From Planctomycetota bacterium (lineage in GTDB: Bacteria; Planctomycetota; B15-G4), in assembly GCA_038212275.1 (NCBI GenBank), contig JBBQUR010000021.1:24165-88164 (forward strand): a stretch of DNA of 64,000 nt. Direction: 5' to 3'. Every line of letters begins with the position of its first letter. Position 1 is the stretch's first letter. The notes under the pieces are model-generated. The model was not told where the DNA came from, ran no database searches, and saw only the letters and a list, made by a program, of their open reading frames with translations. The position numbers and the translations under genes are program-made. Of this stretch, positions 31,246 through 39,763 are shown piece by piece.

Positions 31246-33207
31246 ATGCACCTCCACCCGCTCGACTGGATCGTCATCGCGTTGTCCATCGCGCTGACTT
31301 TCTGGATCGGCGCGAGGTTCACGCGCCGAGCCGGCGAGTCCGTGGACGAGTACTTCCTCTCCGGGCGCACGCTGCCGTGGTGGCTGGCGGGCACGTCCAT
31401 GGTGGCGACGTCCTTTGCGGCGGACACGCCGCTGCTCATCTCCGGCTGGGTGCGCGACGGCGGCCTGTGGCGCAACTGGGCATGGTGGTGCTTCGCGCTC
31501 TCGGGGCTGGCCTCCGTCTTCCTCTTCGCGCGCTGGTGGCGGCGCGGCGGCGTCATGACCAAGGCCGAACTGGTCGAACTGCGCTACGGCGGCGCGTCGG
31601 CACGCGTGCTGCGCGGCACGCTGGGCGTGCTGCACGCCGCGTGGACCAACACGATCATCCTGTGCTGGGTGCTGCTCGCCGCGGTGAAGATCATGGACGT
31701 GCTCTTCGGCGTGGAAAAGTTCTGGGCGCTGGTCATCTCGTGCAGCGTGGCGGTGATCTACTCCACCATGTCGGGCCTGTGGGGCGTCGTCGTCACCGAC
31801 ATCTTCCAGTTCCTGCTCGCGCTGGGTGGCGCCATCGCGCTGGCCGCCATCACCTGGGCAGCCGCAGGCGGAACCGCCGGCGTGCTCGCGGCCGACGCGC
31901 ACGGCGGCGTCTTCGGGCCGGACACGCTGCACTTCTTTCCCACCCCGGGCCCGGGCGGCTGGCTGGACCCTGCCTTCTGGACGCTGCCGCTCGTGACCCT
32001 CGCCGTCTACCTCGGCGTGTCGTGGTGGGCCGTGGAGAACGTGGACGGCGCCAGCGCCGCCGTGCAGCGCATCTGCGCCAGCAAGGACGAGCGCAACGGC
32101 CTGCTGGCCACGCTCTGGTTCAACGTGGCGCATTACGCGCTGCGCCCCTGGCCGTGGATCATGGTCGGCATCGCGTCGCTCATCCTGCTGCCGGCGATCG
32201 AGGTCCGCGCGCCGGTGGCCGGCACGGTGCGCTCGGTGAGCGCGGATGAGATCGTGCTGCAGCCCGCGGACGGTGGCGCCGAGGTCCGCGTGCCGCTGCA
32301 CGCGGGCGAGGACCTGCGCGACTGGCGCGCGCAGCCGGACAAGGCCCTGAAGGTCGGGACCAGCGTCGTGGCCGCCGAGCAGCTCATCGCCCGCACCGAC
32401 CCCGAAGGCGCCTACGTGGTGATGATGGCGCGCTACCTGCCGATCGGCCTGCTCGGTCTGGTCGTCGCGTCGCTGCTCGCTGCCTTCATGTCCACCGTGG
32501 ACACGCACATCAACCTCGCGGCCTCGTTCTTCGTGAACGACGTGTACCGGCGCTTCCTGAAGCCCGACGAGAACGCGCGGCACTACGTGCTGGTGGCGCG
32601 CATCGCGAGCGTCGCGGTGATGCTGCTCGCCGCGCTCTTCACGTGGGAAGCGGAGTCCATCCGCGACCTGTTCATGTTCTTCCTCGCCTTCCTGTCGGGC
32701 GTGGGGCCGGTGTATGTGCTGCGCTGGCTGTGGTGGCGCGTGCGCGCCTCGACGGAGATGACCGCCATGATTTCCAGCGCGGTGGCGACGATCACGCTCA
32801 GCGTCTGGACGCCGGTCTGGCACCTGGGGCAGCTCTCGCCCAGGGGCGAACTCTCCAGCGAGGGGAGACTGGTGCTCGTCGTGAGCTTCTCCATGCTGTG
32901 CTCGATGCTGTCGCTGCTGGTCACGGCGGCGCCCGACCCGGCGACGCTGCTGCCGTTCTTCCGGCGCGTGAGACCCATGGGCGCCTGGGGCCCCGTGGCG
33001 GCGCTCGCACCCGATGTGGTGCGTCCGGGCGAACTCGGGGCGGTCACGACGGGCGTGCTCGGCGGCCTCGCGACCACGCTGGGGCTCATGTTCGGCATCG
33101 GCTTCGCGCTGCTGGACCGCACGGGGCAGGCCGTGGTCGCCTTCGCGGTGGCCGCAGCCGGCATGACGGCGGTGGCCGTCGCACTGCGCCGCCTGCCCCG
33201 GGGCTGA
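31246..33207 (+). CDS. Sodium:solute symporter (SSS family) with an inserted soluble loop domain
   Basis: YFLSGRTLPWWLAGTSMVATSFAADTPL, GLLGLVVASLLAAFMSTVDTHIN; insertion at about 32197-32400. Confidence 0.9.
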   Translation: MHLHPLDWIVIALSIALTFWIGARFTRRAGESVDEYFLSGRTLPWWLAGTSMVATSFAADTPLLISGWVRDGGLWRNWAWWCFALSGLASVFLFARWWRRGGVMTKAELVELRYGGASARVLRGTLGVLHAAWTNTIILCWVLLAAVKIMDVLFGVEKFWALVISCSVAVIYSTMSGLWGVVVTDIFQFLLALGGAIALAAITWAAAGGTAGVLAADAHGGVFGPDTLHFFPTPGPGGWLDPAFWTLPLVTLAVYLGVSWWAVENVDGASAAVQRICASKDERNGLLATLWFNVAHYALRPWPWIMVGIASLILLPAIEVRAPVAGTVRSVSADEIVLQPADGGAEVRVPLHAGEDLRDWRAQPDKALKVGTSVVAAEQLIARTDPEGAYVVMMARYLPIGLLGLVVASLLAAFMSTVDTHINLAASFFVNDVYRRFLKPDENARHYVLVARIASVAVMLLAALFTWEAESIRDLFMFFLAFLSGVGPVYVLRWLWWRVRASTEMTAMISSAVATITLSVWTPVWHLGQLSPRGELSSEGRLVLVVSFSMLCSMLSLLVTAAPDPATLLPFFRRVRPMGAWGPVAALAPDVVRPGELGAVTTGVLGGLATTLGLMFGIGFALLDRTGQAVVAFAVAAAGMTAVAVALRRLPRG

Positions 33208-33363
33208 GGGCCGGCTCGCGGCGCGGACGCTCCGGACGGCACGCCCGTCGAGTCGCCTCAAGTCCGCCCCTGGCCCCCTGCCGAAAGACGCTGCGCAGGT
33301 GACGACGGCGCAGCCCGGCGGCGCCGCTCCTCCGACCCGCGGACACTCACCCCGGATTCCGCC

Positions 33364-34701
33364 ATGCAGCCTTGCCATTCCCGTCGACCGCGTCGCGCGG
33401 CGGCTCCCGTGCGCGACGTCGCGCGCCCGGCGCGCCCGTGCGGCGCGGTGCGCGGTTTCTCGCTCATCGAGCTGCTCATCGCCACCTCGATCGGCGCGGG
33501 ACTCATGGTCAGTCTCGCCGCGATGGCGCACCTCTGCACGGCGCAGGTGGCCGAGGCCGAGGGCGGCGACCTGCGCATGGAGCAGGCCGTTGCCACGCTG
33601 TCGCAGGGCGTGCGCACGGCGTGGGCAGTGTCCGGACCGTCCGCAGATCAGCTGCAGCTTCACGACCCCTTCGGCCGCGTGACCGAGTACTTCGTCGAGG
33701 ACCACGCGCTGAAAGTGCTGCGCCCGTCGGGTGCGGAAGGCACGCTGCTGCCGGACGTGGCGTCGGTGAGCTTCGATCTGCGCACGACGGCGCGCCTGCG
33801 CGAGTCCACGCCGCAGACTGCCGTGCAGACCTTCTGGACGTCGCCCGCGAACACGGGCACCGCCAGCATGCTCACGCTCACGAGCGGCCAATCCCTCGCC
33901 CTCGGCTTCATCATGCCCGTGGCGGCGCAGTCCTCCTTCAACCATGTCGGAGGCGTCACCGAACAGGTGAGATCCACGACGCCGACGCGGCTGCTGCTGC
34001 CCGTCGCCTGGCTGGATGCGTCCAACAAGTCCTTCTGTCACCTGCACGCGAAGCAGCCGCACAGCCCGAACCACTCCTCGGGCGCAGGCACGCTGAGCAT
34101 CGAGTTGTACGAGGCGCGGGTTCCGGGCGATGCGCGCCCGCTCGGCTCGCGACTCGGCACGGTGACGGTCACGACGGGCACGTTGCCGACGTGCGCCTAC
34201 CAGTGGTGGGACACGAAGACCAACCAGGCAGCCAGCCCGCCGGCGGGCGTGGCCTGGGGCTGGTGGGACGGGCATCCGGAGGTCGTGCTCAAGGTGAACA
34301 CCGCACCGTCGCAGGCGGCGATCAGCATCGCGGGCCTGTCGGCCACGCTGCTGCCGGGCCGCGCCTACACGCTGGTGCTCACGCTCAACGGCTGGGACGA
34401 GATCAGCGTGCAGACACGGCCGCTCTCGAGCAGCAGGCTCTCCGGCGTCGCACTCAAGACCAGTTCGGGGGCGAGCTGGTCCCCGCAGGCGACGACCGTC
34501 ACGTGCAGCCTCGAAGGCAACCAGACGATCACCCAGACCACGGCGACTGCGGTGGTCACCGGCGTGACCATGAACGTCCAGATGCAGGACGGCCGCAGCG
34601 CCACCGGCGCGGCCAATGTCGCGGGCCAGCTTGCCGTGGACGATCCGTGGCTCGGCGCGCTGCCCGGCGAACTGCCCATGCTGACACTGGCCGGGTCATG
34701 A
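33364..34701 (+). CDS. Large prepilin-type (PilW/GspJ-like) minor pilin
   Basis: Class III signal RG|FSLIELLIATSIG; long beta-rich C-terminal domain; start uncertain. Confidence 0.75.
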   Translation: MQPCHSRRPRRAAAPVRDVARPARPCGAVRGFSLIELLIATSIGAGLMVSLAAMAHLCTAQVAEAEGGDLRMEQAVATLSQGVRTAWAVSGPSADQLQLHDPFGRVTEYFVEDHALKVLRPSGAEGTLLPDVASVSFDLRTTARLRESTPQTAVQTFWTSPANTGTASMLTLTSGQSLALGFIMPVAAQSSFNHVGGVTEQVRSTTPTRLLLPVAWLDASNKSFCHLHAKQPHSPNHSSGAGTLSIELYEARVPGDARPLGSRLGTVTVTTGTLPTCAYQWWDTKTNQAASPPAGVAWGWWDGHPEVVLKVNTAPSQAAISIAGLSATLLPGRAYTLVLTLNGWDEISVQTRPLSSSRLSGVALKTSSGASWSPQATTVTCSLEGNQTITQTTATAVVTGVTMNVQMQDGRSATGAANVAGQLAVDDPWLGALPGELPMLTLAGS

Positions 34702-35186
34702 CCCGCAGCACGCGTGGCTTCACGCTGGCGGAGGTGCTCATCGCGGGCACCATCATGGCCGTGGCGCTCGTGGCCGTGACGACCTCGATGTCCGCCGCCA
34801 CGAGCAGCAAGGCCGAGCTGGCCGACCAGCCGATGCTCGCCGCGCGCCTCGCGCAGGACATCGCGGTGCTGGCCGAGACGCTGCCCCGGACGCCGAGCGG
34901 CAGTTCCGGCGTGACGAGCGGCAGCGCCGTCGTCGCTCTCAACTCGCTGGACGGCGCCGTCTTTTCGCCCCCCATCCGCGCCGACGGAAGCAGCGACAGC
35001 ACGCTGACCGGCTGGCAACAGTCCGTGAACGTGGAGATCTTCACCTTGGACAACCTCGACACCCCCACCAACGAGAGCGTCATGACGGCGCTCTCCACGC
35101 ACGCTGCGCGCCTCTACCGGCTCTCGGTCAGCATCCGCCACGACGGGCAGGTCATCGAGACCTTTCGCTCCTGGTGCCGGCCATGA
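34698..35186 (+). CDS. Prepilin-type (PilV/GspI-like) minor pilin
   Basis: MTRSTRG|FTLAEVLIAGTIMAVAL; ATGA overlap with the previous gene. Confidence 0.78.
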   Translation: MTRSTRGFTLAEVLIAGTIMAVALVAVTTSMSAATSSKAELADQPMLAARLAQDIAVLAETLPRTPSGSSGVTSGSAVVALNSLDGAVFSPPIRADGSSDSTLTGWQQSVNVEIFTLDNLDTPTNESVMTALSTHAARLYRLSVSIRHDGQVIETFRSWCRP

Positions 35187-36220
35187 ACAGCCGCATGCCC
35201 GCTGCGACGCGCGCGCACTCCGGCTACGCACTGCTCGTCGTGCTCTTCTTCGTGGGCCTCATCGGCATGCTGAGCGCGGGTTATCTGCGGCATGCGATGA
35301 CCGAGAACCGGCACTCCACGGCCAGTGTTTCCGCGCAGGATGCCGCTCACGCGGTGGACGCGGCGCTCGCCTGGGGTCAGCAGTCCGTGCTCACCGACGC
35401 CGACGCCACCACGGCCAACCTCGGCAACGGCCGCACCACAGCCTTCGTGCAGACCGAGGACCTCGGCAACAACCATCGCCGACTGCTCGCCACGGCCCTC
35501 GACAGCGATGGTCTGGGAACGACGGTGCTGGCCGAGGGCGAGTTGATGCCGCTGGCCCTCGCCGACACGCCGGACGACCTGCCGCAACTCGACCCGGAGG
35601 TCTCCGACGCGCTCGTCCCGGGCAACACGTCGAACTCGCACTGCGGGAGCCACGGCAACCACGGCAGCAGCTCCGCGGTCGCCACCACCTACTACTCGGG
35701 CACGCAGAGCGTGTCGGACCGGGACCTGACCGGCCTGGTCGTCATCCGCAACAGCGCGCGCATTACCTTCAGCAACGTGACGATCGCGGGCTGCATCGTC
35801 TCGGAGCGGGCTCTGGGCGACGTCACGCTGGGCGCCTTTCAAGTGAGCACCGCACCGACGGTCATCATCGACGGCGGACTGCGCGTCAGCGGCGGCAGCT
35901 TCCTGCCCGGCATCGCGGTGCTCATGCCGGACGGCGTGCTGAAGTGCTCCACCGGCGCATGCAGCGTGCAGCTCATGGGCGACGTGGTGACACACACGCT
36001 GACCCTCACCGGCGCGGGCGGCATCCTCGGCAACATCGCGTGCGTGCAGAGCCCCTCCATCGCGACGACCATCGGCCTGCCCGGGGCCGGACGCGCACCT
36101 CGGGCCTGGGCCGCGGGCCTGCAGCTCGGCGATGCCAACGCCTTCCGCTACCTGGCCTTCCTGCCGCGCACGAGCACGGTGGACGGCCTGTCCTCCATCA
36201 CGAGCTACCAGTTCCCGTGA
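35183..36220 (+). CDS. PilX/GspK-like minor pilin
   Basis: SG|YALLVVLFFVGLIGML lacking Glu5, followed by A-AVDAAL; C-terminal beta-solenoid-like repeats; ATGA overlap. Confidence 0.7.
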   Translation: MNSRMPAATRAHSGYALLVVLFFVGLIGMLSAGYLRHAMTENRHSTASVSAQDAAHAVDAALAWGQQSVLTDADATTANLGNGRTTAFVQTEDLGNNHRRLLATALDSDGLGTTVLAEGELMPLALADTPDDLPQLDPEVSDALVPGNTSNSHCGSHGNHGSSSAVATTYYSGTQSVSDRDLTGLVVIRNSARITFSNVTIAGCIVSERALGDVTLGAFQVSTAPTVIIDGGLRVSGGSFLPGIAVLMPDGVLKCSTGACSVQLMGDVVTHTLTLTGAGGILGNIACVQSPSIATTIGLPGAGRAPRAWAAGLQLGDANAFRYLAFLPRTSTVDGLSSITSYQFP

Positions 36221-36735
36221 ACACGCCGCACGCCTCGCCGACGATCGCCGCGCGGCCGGTCCGCCGCGCCGTCCGCGGCACCACCATGCTGGAGCTGCTC
36301 GTCATCGTCGGCATCATCGGCCTCATGGCGGGCATGCTGACCGTGACCAGCACGCAGAACGAGACGATCGCGCTCGATCAGGCCGCGGTGCTGCTCCAGG
36401 ACGCCTGCACGCGTGCGCAGGGTCTGGCGCGTTCGGGGCGCGCTCCGGTCGGCGTGGTGTTCGACGTGCAGGGCAATCGCTTCGCCATCGTCACCGAGGA
36501 CGGCACGCCGGCCCGCGACCCGCTGACGCGCACCGACGCCATCGTGAACCTCTCGGGTCCGAACAAGGCCGAACGCGTCACGCTCGAGGAAGCCGACTTC
36601 GGCGCCGCAGGGGCGGCCGCGCTCTTCGATGCCCAGGGCGTCCCGATCACCGGCGGCTCGCTGAGGATCAGCCGCGGCGGACGGACACGCACCCTGAGCC
36701 TGGACGCCGCCACGGGCGAACTGATCGAGAGCTGA
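36217..36735 (+). CDS. GspH/FimT(FimU)-like minor pilin
   Basis: RG|TTMLELLVIVGIIG, RAQGLAR-VGVVFD, FDAQGVP-TLSLDAATG; GTGA overlap. Confidence 0.78.
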   Translation: MNTPHASPTIAARPVRRAVRGTTMLELLVIVGIIGLMAGMLTVTSTQNETIALDQAAVLLQDACTRAQGLARSGRAPVGVVFDVQGNRFAIVTEDGTPARDPLTRTDAIVNLSGPNKAERVTLEEADFGAAGAAALFDAQGVPITGGSLRISRGGRTRTLSLDAATGELIES

Positions 36736-36780
36736 ACGCGTGTGGCCGGCGGGCATCGCTGCCCACGCGACCGCGGCGAC

Positions 36781-37443
36781 TCAGGCCTTCATCTCGGTCC
36801 GCGACTTCATGATGCCGCTCGCGATGCCGTATTCCACGGCCTCCGACGCCGAGAGCCAGAAGTCGCGCGTGACGTCCTTGAGGATCTGCTTGTCCGAGCG
36901 GCCGGTCTCTTCCGCGAGGATCTGGTTGTAGAGATCGCGCGTCTTGATGATCTCGTTGGCCGTGATCTCGATGTCGCTGGCCTGGCCCTGGCTCTGGCTG
37001 CTGGGCTGGTGGATCAGGAAGCGGCTGTGCGGCAGCGTGAAGCGCCGGCCCTTGGCCCCGCCGACGAAGATGGTCACGGCGGCCGAGGCGGCCAGGCCGA
37101 TGCACACCGTCGTGATGGGCGCGCTGATGAAGTGCATCGCGTCATAGATGCCGAAGCCGCTGTCGGCGTCGCCGCCGGGGCAGTTCACGTACATCGTGAT
37201 GGGCGCCTTGTTGTCCTTCTCGTCCAGCACGAGGAGCTGGCCGACGATGACTGCGGCCATGTCGCGGTCCACCGGCTTGCAGACCATGATCACGCGCTGA
37301 TCGAGCAGGCTCTTGCCCAGGAACTCCGGCACCTCCTTGGGCTTGTCCTTGCCGGGCTTCTTGTCGTGACCGTCGCCCTCGTCGTCGTCGTCATCGTCAT
37401 CGTCGTCGCCGAGCAGAGGGCGCGTGCTGTACGGAGAGTTCAT
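36781..37443 (-). CDS. clpP: ATP-dependent Clp protease proteolytic subunit
   Basis: YVNCPGG, GLAAS (Ser), LIHQP (His), RDFWLSA-EAVEYG (Asp); poly-Asp N-terminus. Confidence 0.93.
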   Translation of the reverse strand: MNSPYSTRPLLGDDDDDDDDDEGDGHDKKPGKDKPKEVPEFLGKSLLDQRVIMVCKPVDRDMAAVIVGQLLVLDEKDNKAPITMYVNCPGGDADSGFGIYDAMHFISAPITTVCIGLAASAAVTIFVGGAKGRRFTLPHSRFLIHQPSSQSQGQASDIEITANEIIKTRDLYNQILAEETGRSDKQILKDVTRDFWLSASEAVEYGIASGIMKSRTEMKA

Positions 37444-37461
37444 GTCCGGTCCTTTTCTGCG

Positions 37462-37533
37462 CCGCGGTGGCCCCGCGGGTGCTCCGCGGTGTCCCCGCGG
37501 TGGGCCCGCAGCGGTCCGGCGGGTGCTCCGCGG
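37462..37533. repeat. 11-bp-period tandem repeat built on CCGCGG palindromes upstream of clpP
   Basis: CCGCGG at 37462, 37473, 37484, 37495, 37528; variants at 37506 and about 37517. Confidence 0.8.
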
Positions 37534-37638
37534 TGACCTTGCGGGGGGTCGTCACTGGTCGTTCGGCATGCCTTCGCGACGGCGGGCGCCGACGAAGGGC
37601 GGTGAAACGCTAGCGCATCAGCGCGCCGGTTCAAAGGG

Positions 37639-39642
37639 TCAGGGCGGCGACGGCTTCCCGGAATCCGCGCTCGCCAGCGAACGGGTCGCGCTGCGCAGTT
37701 GACCGCCGAGGGCATTCATGATCGCGGCCTGGATGTCGGGCAGGTAGAGATTGCCGAGATGTCCGCCGTTCTCGAAGAACTGCAGGCGATCGGGCCCGAG
37801 GGTCGCCTCCAGCCAGGCGCTGTCCTGCGGAGCGAGCAGGAAGTCGTTGCGGTTCGTGAACGCGTGGATCGACGAGCAGGCCGCGAGCTGACGCTCCAGC
37901 GCGTGCAGGTCGCAGCGGGCCCACAGCACCTCCGGGTCGGCCAGCGCAGGGTCGCGCTCCGCCAGGTATGGCAGCGCGAAGGCGAGGAAGTACTCCATCC
38001 ACGAATAGCGCTCGATCTCCGCATACGCCGGCTGCCGCTGGCGGACATCGAGCTGCGTGAGCAGCACGCCGCGGTCGTGCCGGAGCTGGCTGTCGAAGAG
38101 CACGTCGCGCAGCGACAGACGGAAGGTCAGTCCGATGAGGTACTCCGCCTCGATGCGCTCGAAGGGCAGCTCCATGCCGGGCGCCAGCTCGCCGCGGGCC
38201 AGCTCGAGCACCTTCAGCAGGATGTTCTCGATGCGCTCCTGCCGGCCGGCTGCCGGCCAGCGCATCGGCGCGCGGTACAGGTCGTCGAGCTGCTGCACGC
38301 CGTAGGCGAGGCGCACCGGCGGGTTGATCGGGATGTAGGCGTCGAAGTCGAGCAGCGGCTCGTCGGGGGCGGGGCCGGCCAGGGCCTCCTGGTTGGCCGC
38401 CGCGATGTACAGCAGGTGAAAGGCGCCGAGCGACAGGCCGAGCAGCGCGCGCTGCGTGAGCCGTCCGGGATGCTCGCCGCGCAGCTGGCTGTCGATGGCG
38501 GTCAGCACGCGGTGCAGGTCGTGGCTGTCGACGGGCGCGTAGCCGGGCAGTTCCATGCTGGACCCCGTCGACATGAACTCGACGTTGAGCGCGCTGCTCA
38601 CGGTGACCGCCGAGTAGCCGTGCGCAAACGCCATCTCGGCCAGCGCCACGGTCGAGTCGGACTCGCGATGGCTGCCGAGGCCCGGCACGATGTAGACGAT
38701 CGGCGCAGGCAGCGGCTGCAGCCACAGGTCGTACGGGAACTCCCGGCCGGTCGTCGGTGCGGTGACCGTGCGCCGCTCCGCGCGCGCCGGAAAATCCTGG
38801 TCGCGATAACTGAGGAACACGGCCTCGAGCGTGTCGATCGACGGCCCCGACTCGGGCGCGAAGGCCATGTTCGCTTCGGCCTGGCTGCGGTAGAGCGTCC
38901 AGACCTGCCGCACGATCGTGTACGAGTCGTAGAGGATCTCGTTGAGGTGCAGATACTTGTCCACGTGGTCGCTGAGCATGTTGAACTTCAGCACGACCGA
39001 CAGCGGAAAGAAGTAGGTGGCCGGATCGAGCGCCGTGTCACCGACGAAGCCGACCGTGTCGCGGTCGCTGCTCGGCCCCACCACCGGCAGCATGACGTAG
39101 GCCTGCGGCTTCCAGCCCCACTCGCCCAGCATGCGGCCGACATCCTCCGGGCGCGGCGCGGGCAGCCCCCACTCGGAGGCCGGGTCGAAGAAGCCCAGCA
39201 GCCCGACCGTGGTGTTGATCACGAAGCGCCCCGTCTCCACGCCGGCGTCGCCGAAGCGGGCCTGGAAGACGTTGCTCACCAGGCGCACCGGCCAGGCGAG
39301 GTTCGTGCCGAACTGGTTGATGTGCGTGCGCACCGTCGGCGCCGTGATCGCGCGCCAGCCGGTGGCCAGCGGCGACACGACCAGTTTCAGCAGGTCGGTG
39401 TTGAAGGCCTGGAAGGCGCGGTTGGTCGGCTCGATCGGATCGGCCAGCGTCGTCAGCGGCGGCGGATCTTCCATGCGGAAGTACTCGGCGCCGGGGCCGT
39501 TGTAGCGGCTCCAGTCGCGATGCTTCGTCTCGATCGTGGTGCACGCGGACATCAGCGCCATGCAGGCGAGCAGCACGAGCCTTGCCGGCGCTCGCGCAGC
39601 CCGGGACGGCGTCCGACACCCTGTGACACGAGGTTGCAGCAT
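37639..39642 (-). CDS. MlaA/VacJ-family lipoprotein fused to an alpha/beta-hydrolase (lipase-like)
   Basis: Lipobox MSAC; DPIEPTNR-FN, GRFVINTTVGLLGFFDPA, LPVVGPSSDRD (MlaA); then IVPGLGSH, GLSLG, NDFL, GGHLG (hydrolase triad). Confidence 0.85.
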   Translation of the reverse strand: MLQPRVTGCRTPSRAARAPARLVLLACMALMSACTTIETKHRDWSRYNGPGAEYFRMEDPPPLTTLADPIEPTNRAFQAFNTDLLKLVVSPLATGWRAITAPTVRTHINQFGTNLAWPVRLVSNVFQARFGDAGVETGRFVINTTVGLLGFFDPASEWGLPAPRPEDVGRMLGEWGWKPQAYVMLPVVGPSSDRDTVGFVGDTALDPATYFFPLSVVLKFNMLSDHVDKYLHLNEILYDSYTIVRQVWTLYRSQAEANMAFAPESGPSIDTLEAVFLSYRDQDFPARAERRTVTAPTTGREFPYDLWLQPLPAPIVYIVPGLGSHRESDSTVALAEMAFAHGYSAVTVSSALNVEFMSTGSSMELPGYAPVDSHDLHRVLTAIDSQLRGEHPGRLTQRALLGLSLGAFHLLYIAAANQEALAGPAPDEPLLDFDAYIPINPPVRLAYGVQQLDDLYRAPMRWPAAGRQERIENILLKVLELARGELAPGMELPFERIEAEYLIGLTFRLSLRDVLFDSQLRHDRGVLLTQLDVRQRQPAYAEIERYSWMEYFLAFALPYLAERDPALADPEVLWARCDLHALERQLAACSSIHAFTNRNDFLLAPQDSAWLEATLGPDRLQFFENGGHLGNLYLPDIQAAIMNALGGQLRSATRSLASADSGKPSPP

Positions 39643-39763
39643 GAGCCGGCCAACGTTACTGCCGCGGCCGCGCCGGTTCCAGCCGCTGCATCCGCAGCAT
39701 TCGCTGCATCTGCGCCAGCCGCTGTATCCGCAGCATCCGCAGCGTTGTCCGCGGGAACGTCGA

